A DNA stretch of 64,000 nucleotides from Bacteroidales bacterium UBA1189 (GCA_002309805.1 DBYJ01000015.1:14497-78496); one strand, 5' to 3'; numbered from the stretch's first letter, positions 47,345 to 56,672 are shown. The notes: generated by a model not told the origin, from the sequence alone. Numbers and translations are program-made.

Positions 47345-48034
47345 CTATTTCTCAGCCACGTACATACGGCAGACGCCGAATGTAAGGGAACGGGATTTGG
47401 CAGAGGAGAAGCCAGCTTCGCGCAGCATGGGAAGGAATACCGGCGGCTTAGGGAACTTCAGGATAGAATCGGGAAGATAAGTATAAGCCCCGCGATTGCC
47501 CGTCAGACGAGTGCCGATAGCGGGCAGAATCTTGAAGGCATAGAGTTTGTAGCACCAAAGAAGGAAGTGATTATCGGGGTACGAAAGTTCCAGGATGACC
47601 AACCGTCCACCCGGCTTAAGCACGCGGCACATCTCCCGAAGCCCCAAGGAAAGGTTTTCGAAATTGCGCACGCCGAAAGCCACGCTCACGCGGTCAAACG
47701 TCCCGTCGGCAAAGGAGAGCGCCTCAGCATCGCCTTGCTGCAAGGTAACGGGAAGCCCTTCAGCTTTCTTGCGCCCCACTTCCAACATCCCCTCCGAGAG
47801 GTCAACGCCAATCACCTGCGACCCTTCGACCGCCTTTTTGGCAACGGCAATGGCCAAATCGGCTGTCCCCGTAGCGACATCGAGCACCGCCAGCGGCTCA
47901 CGCGTATCGACAATTGCACGGACAGCCTTCCGACGCCAACCTTTGTCGGCATTCAGCGACGAGAGATGGTTGAAACGGTCGTAACCCTTCGCGATGCTGT
48001 CAAACAAAGTGCGGATTCCTTCTTTCTTGGGCAC
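47345..48034 (-). CDS. ubiE: demethylmenaquinone methyltransferase (UbiE/MenG)
   Basis: FDSIAKGYDRFNHLSSLNADKGWRR and the SAM motif LDVATGTADLA. Confidence 0.9.
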   Translation of the reverse strand: MPKKEGIRTLFDSIAKGYDRFNHLSSLNADKGWRRKAVRAIVDTREPLAVLDVATGTADLAIAVAKKAVEGSQVIGVDLSEGMLEVGRKKAEGLPVTLQQGDAEALSFADGTFDRVSVAFGVRNFENLSLGLREMCRVLKPGGRLVILELSYPDNHFLLWCYKLYAFKILPAIGTRLTGNRGAYTYLPDSILKFPKPPVFLPMLREAGFSSAKSRSLTFGVCRMYVAEK

Positions 48035-48063
48035 AGCAGTAGATTTTTTCGATTAACTTCTTA

Positions 48064-48966
48064 TCAACCTAATAAAAACCCAACGCCCATCAGCAGCGCA
48101 AGCAGGAAGGTGGAGATAACGAGCAGCGGCAGCATGGGGTCGAGGTCGTGCCCATGACGCTTCCAAACGCCCCGTAGATGCTTAATATAGAAAGGCATCG
48201 TCAGCAGAAACAGCAAGTTCCACAGCGAGGTATAACGCAGGGCGACAAACACCAGCATGGCAATCCATCCGACGACGATGAGCGCCGTTTGGTAAATCTT
48301 CGCCCGCCGTTCTCCCATCAGCAGAGGCAGCGTGATGCGCGTGCCGGCATCGGATTTCATGTCGCGGGTATTGTTGACGTTGAGCACCCCCACGCTGAAG
48401 CAGCCGATGCCCACAGCGGGAAGCAGGAACAGCCACGAATCAATCTCGTGACAAGCCACATAGTAGCCACCCAACACGGGCACAAGGCCGAAAAAGATAA
48501 ACACCGACACATCGCCCAACCCGCGATAGCCGTAGGGATTCTTCCCCAACGTATAGCGCATAGCCGCCCAAATGGCGCAAGCACCCAAAGCAATGATACA
48601 CAGCGGCTCCGTCTGCCATAGCGTGCCCCACGACAGCCAAGTCATCGCAGCACCCGACAAACAGCACAGCGCCACCAATACGGCGATACTCACGCGGAAA
48701 TCCTGCTTCGTCAGCAACCCTTCCGAAAGGCTGTACATAGGTCCTTCGCGGCCCTCACTATCCGTCCCGTTCAGGAAATCGCCCAATTCGTTCGACATAT
48801 TCGACAAGATTTGCAGCAGCACCGTCGTCAGCAGCGTCAGCACAATCACCGGCCACGACACCTTATGCTCCACACAAGCCAGCAAAATGCCCAGCACCAC
48901 GCCCGCCAACGACAGCGGCAACGTGCGCAACCGCATGGAATAAATTAATGCTTTCGTCTTTTTCAT
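48064..48966 (-). CDS. menA: 1,4-dihydroxy-2-naphthoate polyprenyltransferase
   Basis: UbiA-family polytopic protein (MRLRTLPLSLAGVVLG..., NELGDFLNGTD, NNTRDMKSD) located next to ubiE. Confidence 0.9.
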   Translation of the reverse strand: MKKTKALIYSMRLRTLPLSLAGVVLGILLACVEHKVSWPVIVLTLLTTVLLQILSNMSNELGDFLNGTDSEGREGPMYSLSEGLLTKQDFRVSIAVLVALCCLSGAAMTWLSWGTLWQTEPLCIIALGACAIWAAMRYTLGKNPYGYRGLGDVSVFIFFGLVPVLGGYYVACHEIDSWLFLLPAVGIGCFSVGVLNVNNTRDMKSDAGTRITLPLLMGERRAKIYQTALIVVGWIAMLVFVALRYTSLWNLLFLLTMPFYIKHLRGVWKRHGHDLDPMLPLLVISTFLLALLMGVGFLLG

Positions 48967-49004
48967 TCGTTTATATGTAAAAGGTTAGTTCTGTTTTATT
49001 TGTC

Positions 49005-49988
49005 TTAATCAAGTATCTTCCATTCGCCTGTTTCGAAGTCAATCTCGAAACGCTCGGCGTAGTGCAGTTCGCATTTGCCGTCCCCGAAGGTTACGGGGAA
49101 GATTATCGTCTTCGACTCGGGCAATCCGGGATCCATCCAACGGTCGCCCACGTAGAGGTAGGTCGTCTGCTTCGAGCCGTTAATCGTCAGGATGGAAGCC
49201 GCCTGCGTGTCGTAGCAGATGCTGTCGCCCACATTCACCAGCGGGCTCCATCCCTCCGTGAGCGACTTCGAGCAGGAGAGTTTGCATTGATTCGGATCCC
49301 AACCCGTGCAAGCGGACGAGAGCATGTAATACGTGTCGCCCACCCGCGCGATGGCCGGAGCCTCGCGACTCTGATGTGCGAAGAGGATGTTGCACGACAA
49401 CGCCTCCGTGTAGTCGTCCGAGAGGCGGAAGAGGCCCAGATGCTGGTTCTCCTCGATGGTGGAGATGAAATACGCCTGTCCGTCAGCGTCCTGGAAGACG
49501 TTGCAGTCGCGGCTCTTGATGTCCAGCGGACGCCCTGCATGATGCAACCGGTAGGGGCCTCCCACCTGCTCGCTGACGAACACCGCTGCCTCCGACGCAC
49601 CGTAGTTGCGCCCTTCCCAATGGCACCAGACGACGTACTGCCCCGTCTTCGCACAATACAGCAGCTTCGGACGCTCGATGAAGCGGCGCTGCCCCAAGTC
49701 GGGCGTCGTCTCGCCGTTCTTGATAATCTTGCCCACAAACGTCCAATGCACCAAGTCGGGCGAGCTGTACATATTGACATCGGGGCGCCACGAATCGCCC
49801 CTGTCCTCGCCAATCATATACCACAATCCATTCTGATACAGGAATCCAGCACCGTGTGCCTGCACCACATTACCTGCGGTATCCTTCCAAAGCACACCGT
49901 TTGTTATCACCGTCCGACGGCTCTGCCCCATCGTACCGAAGGGCATCAGGCAAAGCAACGCTAACAAGAGTAGAAGATTCTTTTTCAT
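49005..49988 (-). CDS. glycoside hydrolase family 43 protein, secreted
   Basis: Signal peptide MKKNLLLLLALLCLMPFGTMGQ and five-bladed propeller-type blocks (QAHGAGFLYQNGLWYMIGEDR, GPYRL, SREAPAI). The start is placed at the internal ATG, which removes the overlap with the HD gene. Confidence 0.8.
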   Translation of the reverse strand: MKKNLLLLLALLCLMPFGTMGQSRRTVITNGVLWKDTAGNVVQAHGAGFLYQNGLWYMIGEDRGDSWRPDVNMYSSPDLVHWTFVGKIIKNGETTPDLGQRRFIERPKLLYCAKTGQYVVWCHWEGRNYGASEAAVFVSEQVGGPYRLHHAGRPLDIKSRDCNVFQDADGQAYFISTIEENQHLGLFRLSDDYTEALSCNILFAHQSREAPAIARVGDTYYMLSSACTGWDPNQCKLSCSKSLTEGWSPLVNVGDSICYDTQAASILTINGSKQTTYLYVGDRWMDPGLPESKTIIFPVTFGDGKCELHYAERFEIDFETGEWKILD

Positions 49989-50013
49989 TGTTCTGCTTTT
50001 TATAATTCCGCGA

Positions 50014-50021
50014 CAAAAATA
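50014..50021 (-). promoter_or_regulatory. -7 promoter box TATTTTTG (minus strand)
   Basis: Lies 25 nt upstream of the GH43 start. Confidence 0.45.
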
Positions 50022-50086
50022 CAAAGAAAAATGACAAACTGCAACAAAAACCCCGAGAAAACGGGAAGACCCAAAAGAAAACCTCC

Positions 50087-50623
50087 CTACAGGAACTCCT
50101 GGCACCAGCGGTCGAAGACAAGGAGGCCTTCGGAGCCGAATTTCTCCAGTGAGCGGCGGGCAGCAGAGGGCGTTTTCTCTTCGTTGAGGCGGGTTTTGGA
50201 GAAAAATTTATCGGCAAAGCAGATGAGCTGTTCCTCTGTGGTAACGGGGCGCATGTCGCGATGAGGCATCGGCCAAGGGTTCTCCTCAATCTGACGGAGG
50301 GTGAGGCCGGTGCCCGTGTGGCGTTCGCAGACGAGAGCGTGACGGGGATATCCTTCGGCGCGGAGGATGTCGGCACCGATGATGCCGTGACAGATATAGG
50401 GTTCGGTGCCGAAACACTGTATGCCCGCTGCATTAGTGCGGAAGATGCCGATGTCGTGCAGCATCGCCGCCTCCTCGACGAACGCCGTATCGATGTTCAT
50501 TTCGGGATGAATGGCAGCCAGCGCCAACGCCTTATCCGCCACGCTTCGGCTGTGGACAAGCAGGATGTGGCGCAGGGCGTTATCTTCAGGATAATATTTG
50601 TTAATGATTTGCAATGGTTCCAT
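50087..50623 (-). CDS. HD-domain (HDIG) phosphohydrolase
   Basis: H...HD motif (LLVHSRSV..., AAMLHDIG) and a downstream ERHTGTG block. The start is placed at the internal ATG (MEPLQIINKYY...). Confidence 0.8.
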   Translation of the reverse strand: MEPLQIINKYYPEDNALRHILLVHSRSVADKALALAAIHPEMNIDTAFVEEAAMLHDIGIFRTNAAGIQCFGTEPYICHGIIGADILRAEGYPRHALVCERHTGTGLTLRQIEENPWPMPHRDMRPVTTEEQLICFADKFFSKTRLNEEKTPSAARRSLEKFGSEGLLVFDRWCQEFL

Positions 50624-50633
50624 TTTTTTGCTG

Positions 50634-50651
50634 TAATTTTGCGCAAAATTA
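50634..50651. promoter_or_regulatory. 18-bp perfect palindrome TAATTTTGCGCAAAATTA: two back-to-back divergent -7 boxes
   Basis: The plus-strand TAATTTTG is 18 nt before the mscS-like ATG (50660). The minus-strand TAATTTTG is 20 nt before the HD gene start (50623). Confidence 0.5.
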
Positions 50652-50659
50652 GAAAAAAG

Positions 50660-51529
50660 ATGGATATAGAGCAAATCCTTAATTACAAAATATTCGGCAT
50701 ACGTGCAGGTGACCCGCTCATCTTCGCCTTGAAGGTCTTCATGATTGTCATTGTCGCTAAGGTGATACTCAGCGTAATAGGCAGGCTTTTCAGAAAGGCG
50801 GAGAAGAATCCGCGCAGTGTCATGGACACCACGTCACGCAAGTACTTCGAGCGCATCGTCAAGTTCATCATCTACATCATCGCCATCACCTCCATCCTCT
50901 ACCTCATCCCGGGTATGGAGAAGGTGGGCAGTTCCATCCTGACGAGCGCGGGCATTATGGCGGCGGCCATCGGCCTTGCGGCTCAGGACGCGCTGTCGAA
51001 CTTCATCGGCGGCCTCTTCATCGTCATCAGCAAGCCCTTCCGCGTGGGCGACTACATTCAAGTGGAGGGCACGGTGACGGGCACCGTGAAGGAGATTACG
51101 CTACGCCACACCGTCATCATCAACAACGAGAACCGCACCATCCTGGTGCCCAACAGCGTCATCAACTCGAAGACCATCACCAACAGCACCGTGCTCGACT
51201 CGCGCACCTGCGCCTTTGTGGAGATTAACGTATCGTACCACGAGAACCTCGACCGCGCGATGGAGGTAATGCGCGAGGAGATCATGCGTCACCCGCTGCT
51301 TATCGACCACCGTTCGGAGGCAGACATCGAAGCGGGTGTGCCGCTGGTGAAGACGAAGGTCATCTCGCTCGACGACTCGTCGGTGAAGTTGCGCGCTTGG
51401 GCGTGGGCATCCTCATCGATGAACGCCTTCAACATGAAATGCGACCTGCTGAAGGACATCAAGGAACGCTTCGACCGCGAGGGCATCGAAATCCCGTACC
51501 CCTACTTCAACCAGGTACTGGTAAAATAG
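50660..51529 (+). CDS. mechanosensitive ion channel family protein (MscS-like)
   Basis: Three transmembrane helices followed by the MscS beta-domain (SNFIGGLFIVISKPFRVGDYIQVEGTVTGTVKEITLRHT). The start is placed at the internal ATG (MDIEQILNYK...). Confidence 0.88.
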   Translation: MDIEQILNYKIFGIRAGDPLIFALKVFMIVIVAKVILSVIGRLFRKAEKNPRSVMDTTSRKYFERIVKFIIYIIAITSILYLIPGMEKVGSSILTSAGIMAAAIGLAAQDALSNFIGGLFIVISKPFRVGDYIQVEGTVTGTVKEITLRHTVIINNENRTILVPNSVINSKTITNSTVLDSRTCAFVEINVSYHENLDRAMEVMREEIMRHPLLIDHRSEADIEAGVPLVKTKVISLDDSSVKLRAWAWASSSMNAFNMKCDLLKDIKERFDREGIEIPYPYFNQVLVK

Positions 51530-51550
51530 TTTATTATTTACTATTTTACA

Positions 51551-51658
51551 ATTTACTATTTACAATTGATTCTTCAATTGGATTATTTGATTATTTACAC
51601 GTCGCAAAACCGAAATAATTAAATAACTATATCGACAAATCAATCGTAAATAGTAAAT
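51551..51658. terminator. long AT-rich imperfect palindrome between convergent genes (probable bidirectional terminator)
   Basis: ATTTACTATTTACAATTGATT (51551-51571) pairs with AATCAATCGTAAATAGTAAAT (51638-51658) at 20 of 21 positions. An inner pair, TTATTTGATTATTT (51583-51596) with AAATAATTAAATAA (51613-51626), matches at 13 of 14. Confidence 0.55.
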
Positions 51659-51678
51659 AACATAATCGTCAATAGCAT

Positions 51679-53886
51679 TTATTTCACCTTCACATCCACG
51701 TGGCGGAGACGGCGCTTGTCGGATGAAGGGCCGTAGTAGATGCGGTAGGTACCGGGGGTGGTGACAAGTTTGCCTGCCTCCTGGGAGAAGACGCGGAGGT
51801 CTTTCTCCGTCAAGGTGAAGGTGACCGTCTGCTTTGACAAAGCGGGAACGGCGACACGCTTGAAGCCGCGCAGGGCATAGCAGGGGCCTTCCTTCTCACC
51901 CTTCTTCGCTACGTAGAGCTGCACGACCTCCTCGCCGTCATAATGGCTGAGGTTCTTCACGGGGATGGTGAGCTCCACTTCTCCTTCGACAGCCGATGCA
52001 TTCGCCGTCAGCTGACCGCTCTTGTGGGCGCGACCGATGCGGAACTTGCTGTAGCTAAGGCCATATCCGAAGGGGAAGAGGGGACGCTCCTTCATGTAGC
52101 GGTAGGTATGTCCGGCACTCATGTTGTAATCCTCGTAGTCGGGCAGCTGGGCATCGTTCTTGTAGAAGGTGACGGGCAGACGGCCGGCGGGGTTGTAGTC
52201 GCCGAAGAGCACGTCGGCAATGGCAATGCCGCCATTCTGGCCGCCGTACCACCCCTGCACGATGGCGTCGCAGCTCTTCGTCTCGGGTTCGAGGGCAATG
52301 GCAGATCCGGAGAGGTTGACGTAGATGACGCGCTTGCCCGCTGCGTGCAGCACCTCGAGGGTGTGGCGCTGGATGGCGGGCAGTTCGATGCTGGTGCGAT
52401 CGCCTCCGCGGAAGCCTTCGTAGTCGACGCGCATCTCCTCGCCCTCGAGCTTGGGTGAGATGCCGCCCACATAGACGACGTCGGTGATGCCGTTGAGGGC
52501 AGCCAGCAGCTCGTCGTCAGAGAGTTCGGCGTCCACCACCAAACCGCTCACCTTGTTGTAATAGAGTGCCTCGGGGTCGGAAAGCTTCGTGCGGATGCCG
52601 TCGAGGACGCTGTAGGTGCGGCGGGGGGTGCCGTTGTAGTTACCCCAGTGGATGACGGTATCGGCGGCATTAGGGCCGATGACAGCCAGACGGCGGCTGG
52701 CGGAATACTGCGAGGCATCGAGCGGAAGCGCACGGCGCTTGTTCTGCAGGAGCACGACCGTCTCATGAGCCATCTTCAGCGCAAGAGCATCGTGTTCGTC
52801 GCAGGCGATGACATCAGGAGAAATCTTCGTCCACTCAACGATGCTGTCGGGATCCATCTCGCCCAGCTGGAAGCGGGCACGCAGCAGTCGGAACACCGAT
52901 GTGTTGACCTGCTCCTCCGTCAGCAAGCCACGCTCGACGGCCTCGGGGATATGGCGGTAGGTACCGCCGCAGTTGAGGTCGGTGCCGTTGATGACGGCGT
53001 CAGCCGTAGCGCTGGCGGCATCGGGATGGGTGCGATGGTTGTCGTAGCTCTTCGAGTAGAAGTCGTCGATGGCGCCGCAGTCAGAGACAACGACATCGTC
53101 GTACCCCCACTGGTTGCGCAGGATCTGCACCAGCAGTGTGTTGCTGCCGCAGCAGGGTTCGCCCTCGAAGGCATTGTAGGCGCACATTACCTCCTTGACG
53201 TGTCCCTCGCGCACGAGGCGTTCGAAGGCATAGAGGTACGTCTCCGTCAGGTCGCGCAGCGAGATGTCCTCGGCATTAAAGGCATGGCGGCTGTACTCAG
53301 GGCCGCTGTGGACGGCATAGTGCTTCGCACAGGCGTGGAGTTTGTCGTACTTGCTGTCCTCGGGGCCTTGCAAGCCGCGCACGACGGCAAGTCCCATCGT
53401 AGCCGTCAGGTAGGGGTCTTCGCCGTAGGTCTCCTGCCCGCGTCCCCAGCGGGGGTCGCGGAAGATGTTGATGTTGGGTGTCCACACGGTCAATCCCTGA
53501 TACTGATGCGAGCCGCCCGACTGCTCATAAATCGTGTGCTTGGCGCGTCCCTCGTCAGAGGTGGCGGTGAAGACCCGCTCCACCAACTCCGTGTCGAACG
53601 ACGCAGCCATGGCTATCGACTGCGGGAAGACGGTGGCAAGCCCTGAGCGGGCATAGCCGTGCAGCGCCTCGCTCCACCAGTCGTAGTGGCGGATGCCCAG
53701 TTCGGGGATGGCTGACGAGGTGTTGACCATCAGCACAGCCTTCTGCTCAAGCGTCAGGCGCGAGAGGAGGTCAGCGGCACGTTCGTCGGGCGTGAGGTTC
53801 GGATCCTGATACGGATAGAGTGCCTGGGACATCAGGCACAGGGCGCTGCCGAGCAGCATCGTGAGGAGAAGAATCGGACGTTTCAT
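51679..53886 (-). CDS. glycoside hydrolase family 3 beta-glucosidase/beta-xylosidase, secreted
   Basis: 735 aa with a signal peptide, GH3 N-domain blocks (FRDPRWGRGQETYGEDP, VVSDCGAI), the C-domain and a fibronectin-like tail. Confidence 0.93.
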   Translation of the reverse strand: MKRPILLLTMLLGSALCLMSQALYPYQDPNLTPDERAADLLSRLTLEQKAVLMVNTSSAIPELGIRHYDWWSEALHGYARSGLATVFPQSIAMAASFDTELVERVFTATSDEGRAKHTIYEQSGGSHQYQGLTVWTPNINIFRDPRWGRGQETYGEDPYLTATMGLAVVRGLQGPEDSKYDKLHACAKHYAVHSGPEYSRHAFNAEDISLRDLTETYLYAFERLVREGHVKEVMCAYNAFEGEPCCGSNTLLVQILRNQWGYDDVVVSDCGAIDDFYSKSYDNHRTHPDAASATADAVINGTDLNCGGTYRHIPEAVERGLLTEEQVNTSVFRLLRARFQLGEMDPDSIVEWTKISPDVIACDEHDALALKMAHETVVLLQNKRRALPLDASQYSASRRLAVIGPNAADTVIHWGNYNGTPRRTYSVLDGIRTKLSDPEALYYNKVSGLVVDAELSDDELLAALNGITDVVYVGGISPKLEGEEMRVDYEGFRGGDRTSIELPAIQRHTLEVLHAAGKRVIYVNLSGSAIALEPETKSCDAIVQGWYGGQNGGIAIADVLFGDYNPAGRLPVTFYKNDAQLPDYEDYNMSAGHTYRYMKERPLFPFGYGLSYSKFRIGRAHKSGQLTANASAVEGEVELTIPVKNLSHYDGEEVVQLYVAKKGEKEGPCYALRGFKRVAVPALSKQTVTFTLTEKDLRVFSQEAGKLVTTPGTYRIYYGPSSDKRRLRHVDVKVK

Positions 53887-53898
53887 GGGATTTGGTAT

Positions 53899-54588
53899 TT
53901 AGGGTTTTGAATTTTCCTGACAGAGGGTAATCACGTAGTCGCGCGTGAAGTCGAAGCGGAGGTCGTACTCCTTGTCGTTGGCCGTGCAGACGGCCGATGT
54001 GCTTGCCCAGGGAGGGGAAAGTGCCCTTGTGGAAGGGGGCAGCTCCTGCGGCACCAATACCGTGAGGGCCTCCTGAAAGTCAAGCGTGCGGATGCCCACC
54101 ACCTTGTAGAGGGCCTCCTTTGCCGTCCACAGCAGCAGTTCGCCGTCAGGCGAGCGGTAGGCAGAGGTTTGCAGCGCCAGATGTTCAGCGGCATTGACGT
54201 ACTTGTGGCGGACGCGCATCACCCTGTCGGTGCGGCGCTCGATGTCGATGCCGACAGCCGTCACGGGGTTCCACGCGAGGGCGACGTAGCCCTTCGTATG
54301 GGAGATGCTGATGTGGTACGAGTGGTCAGCGAGCGAGGGGCGTCCGTCGGCGTCGTAGCTGATGCGCTTGTCGCCGCCCAGACACTCGGCCAGCAGCACG
54401 CGCACAGCCAGCCACTCGCAGCGTCGCGAGGGGTTGTGGAGAGTCAGCAGCCCCTCCTGCACCTCGGCAAACGCCTCGGCTGTCTGCACCTTGGCCAGCT
54501 GGGCGAGCAGCTCGTTCTCGTCGTTGAACAGCTGCCCCACGGCCACGCAGGTGCCGGTACCCTTGATCTGACGGTCACTCCACAGCAT
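53899..54588 (-). CDS. 4'-phosphopantetheinyl transferase (Sfp-type)
   Basis: ISISHTKGYVALA, GIDIER and WTAKEALYK are PPTase superfamily motifs. The gene overlaps the upstream gldE-like gene by 14 nt. Confidence 0.85.
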   Translation of the reverse strand: MLWSDRQIKGTGTCVAVGQLFNDENELLAQLAKVQTAEAFAEVQEGLLTLHNPSRRCEWLAVRVLLAECLGGDKRISYDADGRPSLADHSYHISISHTKGYVALAWNPVTAVGIDIERRTDRVMRVRHKYVNAAEHLALQTSAYRSPDGELLLWTAKEALYKVVGIRTLDFQEALTVLVPQELPPSTRALSPPWASTSAVCTANDKEYDLRFDFTRDYVITLCQENSKP

Positions 54589-55867
54589 GCACCACCACTT
54601 TCACTTTCACAATGCGGCGGGCATCCATCTCCAGCACCTCGAACGAGTAGTTCTCGTAGTCGATGGTTTCGTTGAGCTTGGGGAAGTCGCCCTTCAGTTC
54701 CAGCAGAAGGCCCGCCAGCGAGTCGGCGTCGCCCGACACCTCGTCGAACGTGTCGTCGTCGATGCCCAGCACCTTGCAGAAGTCGCTGAGCAGCGTCTTT
54801 GCCTCAAAGACGTAGGTATTGCTGTTGAGCTTCGTATAGGTCTTGTCCACCTCATCGTACTCGTCGTTGATTTCGCCGACGATTTCCTCCAGGATGTCCT
54901 CCATGGTGACGATGCCCAGCGTGCCGCCGTACTCGTCAACCACGATGGCAATGTGGCACTTGTCGCGCTGGAACTCGCGCAGCAGTTCGTCAATCTGCTT
55001 CGTCTCAGGCACATAGACGGCCTTCCTCACGAGTCGCTGCCAGTTGAAGTCGGCGGGGCGGTCGAGGTACGGCAGCAGGTCCTTGATGTAGAGGATGCCG
55101 CGGATATTGTCCACCGTGTCCTCATAGACGGGTATGCGCGAAAAGACGTTCTCCGCCACGAAGCGCAGCACCTCGGCATAATCCTCCGAGATGTCCAGCG
55201 CCATCATGTCGAGGCGCGACGTCATCACCTCCTTCACCGTCTCGTCGCCGAAGCGGATGATGCCCTCCAGGATGTTCTGCTCTTTCGAGAGCTCGCGCTT
55301 GTCGGTCAGCTCCAGCGCCTGCTCCAGGTCGTCGACGGAGAGGTTGTCACCGTGCGAGGGCATCTTCTCGACAATCACCGACGAGCGTGCCAGCATCCCC
55401 GCCAGGGGCGAGAAAAGCTTCGTCAGGGCATAGATGACGGGCACCACCCTGCGGCAGAACTTCAGCGGGTGACCCGCCGCGTAGAGCTTCGGCATGATTT
55501 CGCCGAAGAGAAGCAGCACGAACGTCAGCAGCACCGTGATGCACAGGAACTCCACCCACGGGGCGGCGAAGTGGAAGATGTCCATCAGCGCATAGTTCGA
55601 AAGCAGGATGATGGTGACGTTCACCAGATTATTCGTTATCAGTATGGTGGCAAGCAGGCGCTCCGGCCGTTCCAGCAGACGCAGGATGGTGCGGTCGCGC
55701 AAGCCGTCGCTCTCCTCCAGCGTCCCCTTGTCCGTAGGCGACAGGGCGAAGAAGGCAATCTCGCTGGCCGAGATGTAACCCGAGCACACCAGCAGCAGAG
55801 CCGTCAGCACCAGAGCCACGATGGCGCCTGCCGAAGGCGGGGTAACGGTGATTATGCTACAAAACAT
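54575..55867 (-). CDS. gldE: gliding-motility-associated GldE / CNNM-type (DUF21-CBS-CorC) membrane protein
   Basis: N-terminal DUF21 transmembrane domain, a tandem CBS pair and a CorC_HlyC C-terminus. The mutY-ssb-gldE order is conserved in Bacteroidota. The start is placed at the internal ATG (MFCSII...). Confidence 0.8.
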   Translation of the reverse strand: MFCSIITVTPPSAGAIVALVLTALLLVCSGYISASEIAFFALSPTDKGTLEESDGLRDRTILRLLERPERLLATILITNNLVNVTIILLSNYALMDIFHFAAPWVEFLCITVLLTFVLLLFGEIMPKLYAAGHPLKFCRRVVPVIYALTKLFSPLAGMLARSSVIVEKMPSHGDNLSVDDLEQALELTDKRELSKEQNILEGIIRFGDETVKEVMTSRLDMMALDISEDYAEVLRFVAENVFSRIPVYEDTVDNIRGILYIKDLLPYLDRPADFNWQRLVRKAVYVPETKQIDELLREFQRDKCHIAIVVDEYGGTLGIVTMEDILEEIVGEINDEYDEVDKTYTKLNSNTYVFEAKTLLSDFCKVLGIDDDTFDEVSGDADSLAGLLLELKGDFPKLNETIDYENYSFEVLEMDARRIVKVKVVVHAVE

Positions 55868-55892
55868 GGTCGATGGATAGAATCTTTTTACA

Positions 55893-55978
55893 GTGATTAG
55901 TGAATAGTGAATAGTGAGAAGATGATTGTCCGGCATGCAAAGGCATTATCTATTCACTAATCACTATTCACTAATCAC
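55893..55978. repeat. about 25-bp inverted repeat built from GTGATTA/GTGAATA stutter words
   Basis: GTGATTAGTGAATAGTGAATAGTGA (55893-55917) pairs with the reverse complement of 55954-55978 with one mismatch. The loop is 36 nt and contains GCATGC. The repeat lies between the ssb stop and the gldE start. Confidence 0.8.
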
Positions 55979-56002
55979 TCACTTGTTCACTGTTCACTAC
56001 TA

Positions 56003-56404
56003 TCACTTCAGGTCGTCGGCCGTGAGGTTCTCGTTGACGGGGACTTCGGCTGCGCCTCCGGCAGCTGCGGGACGCGGCGAAAGCAGCTCCAGCGTGTCGG
56101 CATACACCTCACAGACGGTACGGCGGATGCCGTTCTGGTCGTCGTACGTGCGGTAGCGCAGCTTTCCCTCCACGTAGATGCGGTCGCCCTTGTGGACGTA
56201 CTTCTCCACCGTCTCGGCAATCTTGCCCCAGAAGACGATGTTGTGCCATTCCGTGCGATCGGGCACCGTCGTGCCACTTTGCATGGTGTAGCCACGCTCG
56301 GTCGTGGCCAGCGTGAAACTCGCCACGGCACTACCCGTGTCGAAATAGCGCACCTGGGGTTCGCGCCCCACATTTCCTATCAGGATGACTTTGTTGATGG
56401 ACAT
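56003..56404 (-). CDS. ssb: single-stranded DNA-binding protein
   Basis: MSINKVILIGNVGREPQVRYF... OB fold with an acidic C-terminal tail (...TADDLK). Confidence 0.95.
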   Translation of the reverse strand: MSINKVILIGNVGREPQVRYFDTGSAVASFTLATTERGYTMQSGTTVPDRTEWHNIVFWGKIAETVEKYVHKGDRIYVEGKLRYRTYDDQNGIRRTVCEVYADTLELLSPRPAAAGGAAEVPVNENLTADDLK

Positions 56405-56441
56405 AGAATTTCCGTTTTATTTCACCGATTTATTTTTGCCA

Positions 56442-56449
56442 CAAATTTA
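56442..56449 (-). promoter_or_regulatory. -7 promoter box TAAATTTG (minus strand)
   Basis: Lies 37 nt upstream of the ssb start. Confidence 0.45.
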
Positions 56450-56614
56450 CGACATTTATTCCAAAACGCCAAATAATTTCCAAAAAAACGCATCTTCCGT
56501 TCTCATTTCGCCCTCCGCCGTCGCCTTCCGCCGTTGCCGCCCCCCCCCACTCCCCTCCCTCATGGGAGGGGTCGGGGGTGGGTCTGCTGGGTCTTAGGCT
56601 AAGATTTGGGGGCA

Positions 56615-56672
56615 CAGCGCAGGGGACGGCGATTGCAGCGCAGGGGACGGAGGCGGCAGCGCAAGGCATTGA
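56615..56672. repeat. GC-rich tandem repeat, exact 21-bp period (CAGCGCAGGGGACGG...)
   Basis: CAGCGCA(G/A)GG starts at 56615, 56636 and 56657, inside the ssb-mutY non-coding island. Confidence 0.7.

Noticed and set aside
49989-50105. N-terminal extension of the GH43 ORF (listed as 49005..50105)
   Set aside because: The extension overlaps the 3' end of the HD gene and runs through the GH43 promoter box (50014-50021). The internal ATG yields a canonical signal peptide. For the same reason I trimmed the listed starts of ORFs 2855..3439, 10972..11892, 19357..20742, 38084..40192, 40226..41155, 43973..45388, 50087..50674, 50261..51529, 54575..55936, 60422..61507 and 61469..63208.
54587-55900. 437-aa plus-strand ORF
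   Set aside because: It is antisense to the gldE/CNNM gene. The sequence is rich in H/R/Q/V repeats with no motifs.
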